From Candidatus Methylomirabilota bacterium (GTDB taxonomy: Bacteria; Verrucomicrobiota; Verrucomicrobiia; Limisphaerales; UBA11358), in assembly GCA_035644195.1 (NCBI GenBank), contig DASQOZ010000030.1, positions 3,767 through 67,766 of the forward strand: a DNA stretch of 64,000 bases, written 5' to 3'. The notes under the pieces were generated by a model, which did no database searches, was not told the DNA's origin, and saw nothing but the letters and a program-made list of their open reading frames with translations. Positions within the stretch are counted from its first letter, which is position 1, and each line of letters begins with the position of its first letter. Position numbers and translations under genes: made by a program. Shown in pieces: positions 29,612 to 40,457 of this stretch.

Positions 29612-31165
29612 TTATGGCTTCAAAAAACTCTCCACATCCGTGTGCAATTTCTTCAAATCCGGCAGATTGACATACATCATGTGGCCGGAATCGAACTCTG
29701 CATAGGTGATGTTGGTGCGATAGGCCGGATCGAGTTGGACGTGGTCAAGCGCGTAACGAACGGTGTCAATCGGGCAGACGAGATCGCAGCGCCCGCCGAG
29801 GACGAGCACGCGCATGTAAGGATTTTGATTCATCATCGTGGCGAGACGTTCGCCGGAATTGGCATAATTGTTGCGCACGCCGTAATTCCACGGTTGCACG
29901 CCGGCAAGGACTTCATAAGGCAGATCATCCTCGAATTTCAATTCGCTGCGGATGTAACTGTTGATGCCGGCGGAAAACGGCCCGCGTGTCGCCGCCATGG
30001 ACGGATCGAAACCGGGAGAAGGCGAAGCCGCATCTGCGTCGCGCCCAGTGATGCGCGAGTCATAAGCGCCAAGGATCAATCCTTCGTCATGCAGCAATTG
30101 TTTTCTGAAAACATCCGCATCCAGTCGCAAATGGTTGTCTTCGATGATTTGCGGTTTCAGGCCGGTGAGGCGCGACAGTTCGGCGGCGATTTTTTTGCGT
30201 TCATCGGCGGAAAGCGAATCGCCTTTTTGCAAGGCCACCGCATATCCGCCTTTGGCAAATTCGCGGGATTCGGCGAGCGCCTTTGGCAGATCATCCTGCA
30301 AATCCGGCGGCAATTTTTTGTGGAATTGCGCCGCCGCCGTGTAAGCGGGCAAATAAAGCGGATACGGCACGTCGTTGCCGGCATTGTTAAAAATGGTCGA
30401 GAAATCCAGAACGCCCGAGACCAAAATCAATCCGTTCAGATACATTCCGTAACGCGAACTCAAATGCTCGGCCAAACCCGCCGCGCGAAAAACGCCGTAG
30501 CTTTCGCCGCAAAGATATTTTGGCGAGAGCCAGCGTTCGTGCCGCGTCGTCCAGAGCCGGATGAAATCGCCTACGGAATCCAAATCCGCCGAGTCGCCAA
30601 AAAATGAATCCGGCTTTTCATCCGTCGCCGGACGGCTGAATCCGGTGGCGATGGGATCAATGAAAACCAGATCGCTCGCGTCCAAAACAGAGTATTCATT
30701 GTCCGTCAGGCCGAACGGCGGCGGCGGCAACGTGCCATTTTCGTTCATCTTCACGCGGCGCGGGCCGAGCGCGCCCAAATGCAGCCAGACCGACGACGAG
30801 CCGGGACCGCCGTTGAAGCAGAATGTGACCGGACGGCCAGAGGATGGATTTCTGTTCTCCGTCTTCTGATTTCTGTCTTCTGCCTTTGTATATGCGACGT
30901 AAAAAATCGCTGCGCGCACCGTGCCGGTGGAAGTGAGCACCGGCAGCATCCCGGTTTCCGCGATGTAAGTGACGCGCTGGCCGGAGATGGTGACGCTGTT
31001 CGTCGTGAAGACTGGTTTATGCGTGGCGTCGGGAATTGTGGCGGCGGAATTTTTTTCCGGCGGCGCGGACGCGTTCGTCTTGGAGTTGGAATCCGAATTG
31101 CCTTTATCCGCAGCGTGAAGGCTGGCGGCCAGAACCAGAGGTAAAATGAATAAATTTTTTTTCAT
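29612..31165 (-). CDS. Secreted S10 family serine carboxypeptidase
   Basis: Signal peptide, FNGGPGSSS, GESYG, GHMMY. Confidence 0.93.
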   Translation of the reverse strand: MKKNLFILPLVLAASLHAADKGNSDSNSKTNASAPPEKNSAATIPDATHKPVFTTNSVTISGQRVTYIAETGMLPVLTSTGTVRAAIFYVAYTKAEDRNQKTENRNPSSGRPVTFCFNGGPGSSSVWLHLGALGPRRVKMNENGTLPPPPFGLTDNEYSVLDASDLVFIDPIATGFSRPATDEKPDSFFGDSADLDSVGDFIRLWTTRHERWLSPKYLCGESYGVFRAAGLAEHLSSRYGMYLNGLILVSGVLDFSTIFNNAGNDVPYPLYLPAYTAAAQFHKKLPPDLQDDLPKALAESREFAKGGYAVALQKGDSLSADERKKIAAELSRLTGLKPQIIEDNHLRLDADVFRKQLLHDEGLILGAYDSRITGRDADAASPSPGFDPSMAATRGPFSAGINSYIRSELKFEDDLPYEVLAGVQPWNYGVRNNYANSGERLATMMNQNPYMRVLVLGGRCDLVCPIDTVRYALDHVQLDPAYRTNITYAEFDSGHMMYVNLPDLKKLHTDVESFLKP

Positions 31166-31341
31166 CGCGGTTTCGATTTTCGCAGTCGGAACAAATTTCG
31201 ACAATGATTTTCCGCCATCCTGCAAGCAGCGGAAAAAATGAGGGCTATGTGAATAAGTTTCGCGGAAAAGCTGCTTGTCAACTTTGAAAAACTGTGAGAA
31301 GAAGGTTGCCGGTTTTGGGCGGTCGTCGGGAAGGGAAACTC

Positions 31342-32037
31342 ATGAAGTTTGAAAAAAACAAAAGCGGCTCGCGGGCATTTACCTTGATTGAACTGCTGGT
31401 CGTCATCGCCATCATCGCGATTTTGGCGGCGATGCTGCTGCCCGCGTTGAGCAAGGCCAAGGCGACGGCGCAGGCGACCCAATGTCTGAACAATCTCAAA
31501 CAGTGGGGATTGGCAGGCCAGCTTTATGCGGGTGAGAATGGTGATTTTCTGACGACAGATGGCATCGGAAGTCCTACTGAAACCGAGTTGAACAATCCTA
31601 AAACTCATGGCTGGTATATCGAACTGCCGGCAATGATAAATGTTCAACACTATGTGGATATGCCCTGGCGCATGGATCCTGCCATTGCGCCGGATCAATC
31701 AATTTGGATTTGTCCTTCCAATACGCGTCGCGCAAACGTGTCGGCGTTAAGCCATAATCTTTTTCATTATTGCCTGAACGAGGTTATGAATGGCACCGGG
31801 ACAAACGACCATCAGATTAAAATGTCTTCGCTGCCGAATCCTTCGGCAACTGTATATTTGTTTGATAACGGACAAAAACCGGCAGGTGGCGACGGCGGTT
31901 CTGTGACCAATATTCATAATAATGGAGCCAATTTTGTTTTCGTTGATGGTCATGTAAAACGGTTCAGAAAATCTGAATACTGGAACGGCTCCACCGTAGG
32001 AATCACGAACAATCCTGAACTGGTTTGGATTCCCTAA
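31342..32037 (+). CDS. Prepilin-type N-terminal cleavage / H-X9-DG (DUF1559-like) protein
   Basis: [44 protein letters not shown]. Confidence 0.92.
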   Translation: MKFEKNKSGSRAFTLIELLVVIAIIAILAAMLLPALSKAKATAQATQCLNNLKQWGLAGQLYAGENGDFLTTDGIGSPTETELNNPKTHGWYIELPAMINVQHYVDMPWRMDPAIAPDQSIWICPSNTRRANVSALSHNLFHYCLNEVMNGTGTNDHQIKMSSLPNPSATVYLFDNGQKPAGGDGGSVTNIHNNGANFVFVDGHVKRFRKSEYWNGSTVGITNNPELVWIP

Positions 32038-33140
32038 ACCGTCGCCGCAATCGCATCGCCCATTTCGCGCGTGCCGATTTTTCGCGCGCCGGTTTCGTTT
32101 GGACTGAAAATGTCGCCGGTGCGATTTCCGTTTTCAATCGCTTTGGCAACGGCGTTTTCAACAGCAGTCGCCGCGTCGTTCAAATTGAAACTGTGGCGCA
32201 GCATCATTGCCGCCGACAAAATCTGCGCGATGGGATTTGCCAGATTTTTTCCGGAGATGTCCGGTGCGGTTCCGCCCGCCGGTTCATAAAATCCAAAAAT
32301 CTTTTCGCCGCTGCTCGCGCCCAAACTCGCGCTCGGCAACATTCCGAGCGAACCGCCGAGCGCCGCCGCCTCGTCGCTCAAAATATCGCCGAACATATTT
32401 TCGCAAAGCATCACGTCGAACTGTGTCGGCTTCAAAACCAGTTGCATCGCGCCGTTGTCCACGAACATATGTTCCAGCGTCACGTCGGGATAATTTTTGC
32501 CAACGCGCGTCACGACTTCGCGCCAGAGAATTCCATTTTCCAGCACGTTTGCCTTGTCAATGCTGGTCAGTTTTTTACGGCGCAACTGCGCGGCCTTGAA
32601 CGCGACGTGCGCGATGCGTTCGATTTCCGGCGTCGTATAAACCATCGTGTCAATCGCGCGCAAATTTCCGCCGCCGATGTCCTCCGTTTTTTTCGGCTGG
32701 CCGAAATACATTCCGCCCGTCAGTTCGCGCACGACCAAAATATCAATGCCATCGCCTTGGCGTTCTTTTGCGAGCGGGCAGGCGTGCGCGAGCGCTTTGG
32801 GCAATTTCACCGGGCGCAGATTGGCGAACAAACCAAATTCTTTTCGCAGCCGCAACAGCGCGGCGCGTTCGGGACGTTCTTCTTTTGGAATTGTCGGGTC
32901 GCGGTCCGGCAGGCCGACGGAGCCAAATAAAATGGAATCTGATTTTTTGCAGAGCGCGAGCGTCGCGTCCGGCAGGGCTTTTCCCGCCGCGTCAATTCCC
33001 GCCCAGCCGACGGGCGCTTCGGTGATTTCCAGTTTGAAATCGAATTTGGTTTCCGTCGCGCGCAAAACCTTGACGGCTTCGCGCATGACTTCGTTGCCGA
33101 TTCCGTCGCCGGCGAGGGCTGCGATTTTGAATGTTTTCAT
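32034..33140 (-). CDS. leuB: 3-isopropylmalate dehydrogenase
   Basis: [35 protein letters not shown]. Confidence 0.96.
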   Translation of the reverse strand: MKTFKIAALAGDGIGNEVMREAVKVLRATETKFDFKLEITEAPVGWAGIDAAGKALPDATLALCKKSDSILFGSVGLPDRDPTIPKEERPERAALLRLRKEFGLFANLRPVKLPKALAHACPLAKERQGDGIDILVVRELTGGMYFGQPKKTEDIGGGNLRAIDTMVYTTPEIERIAHVAFKAAQLRRKKLTSIDKANVLENGILWREVVTRVGKNYPDVTLEHMFVDNGAMQLVLKPTQFDVMLCENMFGDILSDEAAALGGSLGMLPSASLGASSGEKIFGFYEPAGGTAPDISGKNLANPIAQILSAAMMLRHSFNLNDAATAVENAVAKAIENGNRTGDIFSPNETGARKIGTREMGDAIAATV

Positions 33141-33233
33141 CAATTTGAAAGTGTGATTCTAAATTGTTCATGCGTGGTGACAACGCAATTTTCTTCACTC
33201 GACACTCGACGTTCGGCATTCGACACTTTTCCC

Positions 33234-33740
33234 ATGGTTTTGCCTTACAAAGTCGCCACACTGCTGTATTGCTTCAATGAACGCGACGAAATCCTTTTGC
33301 TCGAACGCACGCAGGAGCCGAATCGCGGTTTTTGGAGTCCATGCGGCGGTAAATTGAAAACGGACATCGGCGAATCGCCTTATGTCTGCGCCTGTCGCGA
33401 AGCGAAGGAGGAAATTTGTGCGGAGCTTTCGCCAGCAGATTTGCATCTGGCCGGCCTTGTCAGCGAGCACGGTTATCAAGGCCAGGCGCACTGGCTGATG
33501 TTTTTGTTCGAGGTGAAAAAGAAATTAACCGCGCTTCCGTCGCCGTGCAACGAGGGACGGTTTGAATTTTTCCGGCGCGAAGAAATTGAGTCGCTAAAAA
33601 TCGCGCAAACGGATCGGGAACGGATTTGGCCGTGGTTCTGGAAATTTCGCGGCGGATTTTTTGCGGCGCACTGCCATTGCCATCCCGACGGAAGAAATGA
33701 TTGGACGCTCGAAGAATCAAGGATGAATTATGAAAGATGA
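33234..33740 (+). CDS. NUDIX hydrolase
   Basis: GGK...GESP...ACREAKEE nudix box. Confidence 0.88.
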   Translation: MVLPYKVATLLYCFNERDEILLLERTQEPNRGFWSPCGGKLKTDIGESPYVCACREAKEEICAELSPADLHLAGLVSEHGYQGQAHWLMFLFEVKKKLTALPSPCNEGRFEFFRREEIESLKIAQTDRERIWPWFWKFRGGFFAAHCHCHPDGRNDWTLEESRMNYER

Positions 33741-33810
33741 AGGATGAAAGTTTCCGCGAGGTTGCCGCGCCGATTTTGTTTCATAATTCATCATTCATAC
33801 TTCATCCTTT
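33719..33810. repeat. Inverted heptamer arrays (ATGAAnn / nnTTCAT)
   Basis: Tandem 7-mers forming a hairpin between the NUDIX gene and tadA. Confidence 0.7.
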
Positions 33811-33815
33811 TTTGC

Positions 33816-34310
33816 ATGATTGATTTGCACAGCGACGATTATTTTATGGGCGAGGCGTTGCGCCAGGCAACGCGCGCGTATGAAATGGGCGAGGTGCCGG
33901 TTGGCGCCGTCATCGTGCGCGAAGGGAAAATCATCGCGCGCGCATTCAACCAGGTGGAACAACTTAAAGACGCGACGGCGCACGCTGAAATGCTCGCGCT
34001 CACGCAGGCGGAAGCAGCCGTCGGCGACTGGCGGCTGACGGACTGCACGCTTTACGTCACAAAGGAGCCATGCCCGATGTGCGCGGGCGCGATTGTGCAT
34101 ACGCGGTTGGCGCGGGTCGTCTTTGGCGCGGGCGACCCGAAAGCGGGCGCTGCCGGAAGCGCGGTCAATTTATTGCAATTTCCGACGCTGAATCATCGCT
34201 GCGAAATCACCGGCGGCGTGCGTGAAGCCGAATGCCGCGCGCTGTTGCAGAGTTTTTTCGCGGAACAACGGGAGAAGCCGGGAAAGAAAAATGGCGAAAG
34301 CGTTGCATGA
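33816..34310 (+). CDS. tadA: tRNA adenosine(34) deaminase
   Basis: GEVPVGA, TAHAE, EPCPMCAG, DPKAGA. Confidence 0.93.
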   Translation: MIDLHSDDYFMGEALRQATRAYEMGEVPVGAVIVREGKIIARAFNQVEQLKDATAHAEMLALTQAEAAVGDWRLTDCTLYVTKEPCPMCAGAIVHTRLARVVFGAGDPKAGAAGSAVNLLQFPTLNHRCEITGGVREAECRALLQSFFAEQREKPGKKNGESVA

Positions 34311-34344
34311 TCTGCGAGGTGTTTTTATATTGTCGTCGCATTAA

Positions 34345-36329
34345 ATGAAAACTTCATACATTATCTCCGGCGTATTCTTGTTTTTGGTTACAGCCATTTC
34401 TGTTCACGCGTTTCCGCCCCTTACCGTCGGCAGTCTGCCAACTCAATATACGGTTCTCCATTCTTTTAATTATGACGGCCTAAATCACTTGGATGGTAAA
34501 GGACCGAATTCCGCGCCGGCGGCCAATGGCTTTGGCCAGTTATTCGGCAGGACTCCCAACGGCGGCAACAAGTTAGACGACAGGGGTATCTTATACCGCA
34601 TCAATCTGGACGGCTCGGACTACCGGATACTTCATAGATTTGATTGGTTTGATAGTCCTGGAAATCATCCTGCGCCAACTCCATTGGTTTTGGGCAATAC
34701 ATTATATGGGACAATTGAGCAGCATAGTGTTCCAAGCGACCAATACCCATACGGTGATGATTTGGGAGCGGTGTATTCGAGCAGCGCGTCCGGTTCTGAT
34801 ACCGACTCATCCCCTAATTTAAGCTACCTTCATTTTTTCCAATTTAATTATGCCACAAACGCCACCGATGGAGTTGAACCTGCCAGTGAATTGGTGGCCA
34901 TCGGCGATGTATTCTATGGCACAACAGCCAGTTATGGTTCACCTAGCCCTTACGTCGGCACGGTTTTTAGCATCCATGCTGATGGTTCCGGCTACAATAT
35001 TCTGCATTATTTCGGCAGCGTGACGAATGATGGGACTGGCATTGTCAGTGGCTTGACGGTTGGAAACGATGGAACAAACGTTGCCTTGTATGGGAATTCT
35101 TCTTGTGGCGGCACGGGCGGCGTTTTTGGCGGCGGCGTGATTTTCAAAATCAATCCCGATGGCAGCGGTTATTCCATATTGCATAATTTTGATCAACCTG
35201 TTAACGGTGGTTACCCATATGGTCATTTGGTCTATGCGGATGGAGTTCTTTATGGCTCATATTTGACTGGAGACACCTCACGGGGATTCATTTTTAGAAT
35301 GAATGCCGATGGTTCTGGTTACACCAATATCACCAGCTATGGGTATGGAAATTTTGTGGTCTTGGGCGACACGCTTTATGGCTTGGGCGGGTTGAGCGGG
35401 CAGGAAGTCTGGTCTCTCAAAACCGACGGCATGGACTATGCCACGCTGCATGATTTTAACGCCGATCCCCTTGATGGAAAAAATCCCATCGGCTTCCCGT
35501 ATCTCCTGACCAACAATACCATGATTGTCCGGTATTGTTGTCCGCCAACCGATACAAACTATATGTGCCAGTGCGTGGAACTGGTGACCTTGACCAATGC
35601 AGTCATTTATGGCGTGACCTCCGGCGGCGGAGCTTATACCAACTTTGGCACGGTCTTTGCCCTGCCGTTGTCGGTTTCCGCCGGGACCAACTCCATCAAT
35701 TCCATCAGCGTGACCAGTCCCGCCTATGGCGCCCTCTTTTATACGCGGCCACAAACATCATGTTCACGGTGGACACCACCAATCTGGGCAGCATCGCCCA
35801 GTTGGACTATTACGCCGGCTCCACGCATTTGGGCACGGTCACCAACTACCCTTACTCGTTTGCGTCGGGCAATATGCCGCCGGGCACCAATGTCATCACC
35901 ATCCTCCTGATGGACACCAACGGCGAAGTGACAGCAGGCGCGCTGTGGAACGTGGTTTATGACACCACAGTCCCCGCGCCCGTCATCAATAGCATCGGTC
36001 TCAACACCAACAACGGAGTGACCCTTTTCTGTTCCGGCGGCGCGGGACTCACTTATTTCATGCAGGCGGCGACGAATCTTTCAGCGTCGCCGATTCCGTG
36101 GTTGACGATTTCCACCAATGTCGCCGACGCGAACGGACTCTGGCAGTTCATGGATTCGCTGACCAACGGCGTTTATAGTTTCTGGCAAACCAATCTGGTT
36201 TATGCGATTTCATCAACGACCAATACAGACGTGGGAACAATCGTTTATTATTCGACGAATGTGATTGGCACAAATGTGGCGTTGATCACCGGCGACACGC
36301 GCTTCTATCGCGCTTCTTCTGCGCCGTAA
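34345..36329 (+). pseudogene. Secreted Gloeo/Verruco-type repeat protein with Ig-like and FYR C-terminal domains, frameshifted near 35740
   Basis: Repeated YxxLHxF...G..P units; ORF 35535-36329 continues the protein in another frame from about 35742. Confidence 0.75.
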
Positions 36330-36367
36330 TAAAAAGACGGCGAAAGTCCGGCGGCGGAATAAAGGCT

Positions 36368-36441
36368 GGTAGGGCGTCACTCCGTGCGCGCCGTCTCCAT
36401 TCCAATCCATGTCCGGCGGGCAGAGGACTGCCCGCCCTGCC
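36368..36441. repeat. GTAG-type REP doublet (GGTAGGGCG...CGCCCTGCC)
   Basis: Inverted arms between convergent genes. Confidence 0.6.
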
Positions 36442-36451
36442 CTCTGGAAAT

Positions 36452-36483
36452 AAAAAACGAGGCCACCTTGCGATGGCCTCGTT
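36452..36483 (-). terminator. Intrinsic terminator of the prepilin gene
   Basis: AACGAGGCCA/TGGCCTCGTT stem plus T-tract on the minus strand. Confidence 0.75.
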
Positions 36484-36502
36484 GAGATGTTTCTGAAAAA
36501 AC

Positions 36503-37297
36503 TTACATGGGGAAGTTGAAGTATTGGGTAGCCACGCTGTTAGTGCTGTTGGACAATGCCGCGTGCAGACCGCTGATGGTGACGGATTGCACGCTGCCAT
36601 CCGCGAGCAGGATATTGCCAGTTTTCAGGTGCATTTCATTTTGCGTCCAAGACCAATAAGCTGCACCGTTCCAAGCTGCGGGAACGAGTAATTGCGCGCT
36701 GGTAGCGGAGGCACCAGCGGCTGTTGCGCCCAACATATAAGTCGCGGGGCCATTGGCGGTCGAGCCCACGTTTCCGATGTTCTCGTCACCGGACAGGATG
36801 ACCTGCGGATCGGCCTCGGTTGCGTTGGCATTTATAAAATAGCTGGCGTTGCCCGCAACTGTCTGCGCAGCAGTAGGCGGATTTGCATTACCACCTGAAA
36901 AGCTAATATTGAAGTTAGTGGGAGTTGTGCTGTGATATGAGTCCGCCGGGCAGTAAGCAATCTTTGGGGTGGACAATTCGTTGGACATGACCATGAAAAC
37001 CATGTTGGGGTTCAAGCCGGGTGGTGTGGCAGGAGCCGTGGCACTGTTCTGGACATACTCTTTAGCACCGCCGCTGGCAGAGGCGACCGCCATCGGATAC
37101 TTGTCATTGTTGTCACCTTCCCAGATGCGGAAGGCTAGGCCGACTTGTTTGAGATTGTTGACGCAATTGATTTTTAGGGCTTTGCGCTTGGCGGCAGCGA
37201 GTGCCGGAAGCAACATGGCCGCCAAAATGGCGATGATCGCGATCACGACGAGTAGCTCAATCAGCGTGAAGGCGTTTTTCTGTTTCATACTTTTCAT
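36503..37297 (-). CDS. Prepilin-type N-terminal cleavage / H-X9-DG protein
   Basis: [31 protein letters not shown]. Confidence 0.92.
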   Translation of the reverse strand: MKSMKQKNAFTLIELLVVIAIIAILAAMLLPALAAAKRKALKINCVNNLKQVGLAFRIWEGDNNDKYPMAVASASGGAKEYVQNSATAPATPPGLNPNMVFMVMSNELSTPKIAYCPADSYHSTTPTNFNISFSGGNANPPTAAQTVAGNASYFINANATEADPQVILSGDENIGNVGSTANGPATYMLGATAAGASATSAQLLVPAAWNGAAYWSWTQNEMHLKTGNILLADGSVQSVTISGLHAALSNSTNSVATQYFNFPM

Positions 37298-37572
37298 AAG
37301 TTCACTGTTTTGTTGTTTTTTTGTTCGGGTGACAGGCCGCTGATTTTCCTAAAACCACGCTTACTGTCAACACCAATGTTGAAATTTCTTTAGCAGCATG
37401 GATGCCAACCGCCATTTTTGTAAATTCTTCAATAAAAATGGAGCTTCCAAACGGGCCAAAACTGGTGCGGATGAAAATTTCACGCATTTGCGCGTGGGTT
37501 TCACGCCATGCAGCTATTTTTAGTTGGGAATCATCCGGTTGACAAAGAACAATGGCGGATGTCCGAAAGCTT

Positions 37573-37671
37573 CTCCTCTCCGCCAACGAAGTTGGGGGAG
37601 AGGGCCGGGGTGAGGTGGCGCTTATTTCAAAACAAATTCTATGCCCCTCTTCCCGTTTAGCGGGGAGAGGG
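37573..37671. repeat. CCTCTCC/GGAGAGGG palindromic element
   Basis: Same family as 28165-28280. Confidence 0.7.
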
Positions 37672-37770
37672 AATTGTCACGCTTGCTCCTGAAAAATTTT
37701 CATCTGCATAATTCCACTTTTGAATTTCTTAAAACTTGAAACTTGAAACCTAAAACTTGAAACTGTCCGA

Positions 37771-39831
37771 ATGGCCGAGCCAAAAGAAAATCCGCTCATG
37801 GAAAAAATCGTGTCGCTGTGCAAGCGGCGCGGCTTCATTTTTCAATCGTCCGAGATTTACGGCGGTCTCAATGGTTTTTGGGATTACGGCCCGCTCGGCG
37901 CGGAACTCAAGCGCAACGTCAAGGAACTCTGGTGGCACGCCATGACCCGCCAGCGCGACGACGTCGCCGGCCTCGAAGCGACCATCATCATGTCACCGCA
38001 AATCTGGAAAGCCAGCGGCCATGTGGACACGTTTGCAGATACGATGCGCGCTTGTCCGCTCACAAAAAAACTTGTCCGAGCCGATCAAGTCGAACCTCAA
38101 AGTGGAATTGCTTTTACGTTTGAGGGAAGCGTGAGTAAATACAATTTTGATTTGGGAATGACTTTGTGTTCTGCGTTATTAAAACAAGAATCCGAAGACG
38201 TTCGTAAATCAACTCTCTTGCAAATTGCGACTCAAATTGTGAGCGCAAAGAAACCGTTGAGCGATGAAGAATCAAAATCTGCTTTAGAAAAAATAAAATC
38301 GGAAATAGACGCGATAAAAGGAAATCAAACTGCCTTAATACAACAATCAGCCGTCTTGGAACTTGTTAGTCTTTTGCAAGACGGCAGTTCAAAAGAACCT
38401 TTTACGATTCTTGTGCAAAACGGAAAGCCACCGGAAAGCGCAAGAAAAGCGGCTGGAGAATTTTACATTTCGCACGGTATTGTTGAGCCAGTTTTACTTG
38501 GTGAGACAAATCAAAAAGTTGAAAACTCAATTGATTTTCATCCCGAAAGCCGAGTGAAACTTGATTCAGCTCGCCCTTTCAACTTGATGTTAAAGACTCA
38601 CACCGGTCCAATCGAGTCAGACGAGAATATTGCTTATCTCCGCCCCGAAACGGCGCAGGCGATTTTCGCGCAGTTCAAAAATGTTTTGGAAACGTCGCGG
38701 CAGAAAGTCCCGTTCGGAATTGCCCAAGTTGGAAAAGCCTTTCGCAACGAAATCACGCCGCGCAATTTCACCTTCCGCTCGCGCGAGTTCGAGCAGATGG
38801 AACTGGAATTTTTCATCAAGCCGGATGAAGTCATCGAAGCAATTAAGTTTTCAGTTTCAAGTGTTCAGCCCGAATCTGCGGAACTGAAAACTGAAAACTT
38901 GAAACTTGAAACTTCCGCCAACTGGGGTTGGCGGGAATGGCACAAGTATTGGGTCGAGGAACGTGTGCGCTTTTACGAAGGCATCGGGCTGTCGCGCGAG
39001 ACGCTGGGTTTTCATCATCAAACGCCAGCGGAACTCGCGCATTACGCGCGGGCTTGCACGGATATTTTGTTCAAATTTCCGTTCAGCAAAAAGGACGAGC
39101 ACGGCAACGTGGCCGGCGACGAACTCGAAGGCATCGCCGCGCGCAGCGATTTTGATTTGTCGCAACACCAAAGATTTTCCGGCAAGCCGATGGGCGTGTT
39201 TGACGACGAGTTGCGCGCCGCGTGGACGAAGTTGCCGAAGGAAAAGCAGGACGATCTGTGGAAGCGTTATTACGACAACCGCAAAAATTACCTGACGAAA
39301 TGCGCCAGGCCGGACGAAACGCCGGAGCAAATCTCCAAGCAGGCGACGGACGACGCGAACGGTCTCGCAAAAGGCCAATACATTCCGCACGTCATCGAGC
39401 CGAGCGCGGGCGTTGACCGTTTGATTCTCGCGCTCATCGCCAATGCGTATTCCGAAGTCACCGAAACCGACGACAAAGGAAAATCCGAAACGCGCGTGAC
39501 GATGAAATTTCATCCGCGCGTCGCGCCGATCAAAGTTGCTGTGCTGCCATTACTGAAAAACAAACCGGAGCTTGTGAAAAAAGCGGAATCCGTGCGCGCG
39601 TTGCTGCGCCCATGGATGAATGTGTTTTACGACGAGGCTGGTTCGATTGGCCGACGTTACGCGCGCCAGGACGAAGCCGGCACGCCGTTCTGCGTGACGA
39701 TTGATTTCGACACGCTCGGCGAAAAACCGGAATTGTTGGACACTGTGACGATTCGCCATCGCGACGATGGCAAGCAGGAACGTTTGAAAATTTCCGAACT
39801 TCTGCCATTTTTGCTTTCTAAAATACGCTGA
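37771..39831 (+). CDS. glyQS: Glycine--tRNA ligase (alpha2 type) with insertions
   Basis: KRRGF, DYGPLG, YLRPETAQ, FRNEITP, AHYA, IEPSAGVDR, anticodon-binding domain. Confidence 0.96.
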   Translation: MAEPKENPLMEKIVSLCKRRGFIFQSSEIYGGLNGFWDYGPLGAELKRNVKELWWHAMTRQRDDVAGLEATIIMSPQIWKASGHVDTFADTMRACPLTKKLVRADQVEPQSGIAFTFEGSVSKYNFDLGMTLCSALLKQESEDVRKSTLLQIATQIVSAKKPLSDEESKSALEKIKSEIDAIKGNQTALIQQSAVLELVSLLQDGSSKEPFTILVQNGKPPESARKAAGEFYISHGIVEPVLLGETNQKVENSIDFHPESRVKLDSARPFNLMLKTHTGPIESDENIAYLRPETAQAIFAQFKNVLETSRQKVPFGIAQVGKAFRNEITPRNFTFRSREFEQMELEFFIKPDEVIEAIKFSVSSVQPESAELKTENLKLETSANWGWREWHKYWVEERVRFYEGIGLSRETLGFHHQTPAELAHYARACTDILFKFPFSKKDEHGNVAGDELEGIAARSDFDLSQHQRFSGKPMGVFDDELRAAWTKLPKEKQDDLWKRYYDNRKNYLTKCARPDETPEQISKQATDDANGLAKGQYIPHVIEPSAGVDRLILALIANAYSEVTETDDKGKSETRVTMKFHPRVAPIKVAVLPLLKNKPELVKKAESVRALLRPWMNVFYDEAGSIGRRYARQDEAGTPFCVTIDFDTLGEKPELLDTVTIRHRDDGKQERLKISELLPFLLSKIR

Positions 39832-40322
39832 TGTCAGATACCAAAAAAATTTCCGCTCCGAAAAAGCCGGCACCGACGCTGTATTTCATCATCGTGGCCA
39901 AATTGGTCAAAGGAGTTTTGGCATTGGCGCTGGCGTTCGGCATTTTGAAACTGGCCGACAAAAATTTGCCGGACTTGTTTAATCATTTTCTGGAATGGGT
40001 GCATCTTGATCCTGAAAATCGTTTTCTTTCTGAAACCAGCGACAAGCTCGACCAACTCACCGCCGCCAACGTGCGCATCGTCGCGCTCGGCACTTTCATA
40101 TACAGCGTGTTTTCGCTCGTCGAAGGCATTGGGCTGATTTATCGCGTATCGTGGGCCGGCTGGCTGGCCATCGGCGAATCGGCATTTTTCATTCCCATCG
40201 AAATTCACGAACTGGTGCGGCATCCGCATTGGTATGTGGTTGGCGTGCTGGCGTTCAATGTGCTGATTGTTTGGTATTTGTTTGCAAATCGCCACCGGCT
40301 GTTCCGGCATCATCACGGTTGA
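39831..40322 (+). CDS. DUF2127-like membrane protein
   Basis: KLVKG, YS.FSLVEGIGL, FIPIEI.EL. Confidence 0.8.
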   Translation: MSDTKKISAPKKPAPTLYFIIVAKLVKGVLALALAFGILKLADKNLPDLFNHFLEWVHLDPENRFLSETSDKLDQLTAANVRIVALGTFIYSVFSLVEGIGLIYRVSWAGWLAIGESAFFIPIEIHELVRHPHWYVVGVLAFNVLIVWYLFANRHRLFRHHHG

Positions 40323-40457
40323 AAATGTCAAAAAATCAATTATTTGCTTGCACCGGGTCAAAAGAAGGTTTAATAAACAGCATCATTTGAATTGGCCTTG
40401 CCAATCATTTGCCGATGGAAAAAATTTTAGACTTATGCCACAACCAACGAGGGTAGC

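Noticed and set aside
38100..38570. Intein in glyQS (or in priA or obgE)
   Set aside because: No C/S...HN-C/S/T splice junctions or LAGLIDADG motifs; the priA insert is a short palindrome
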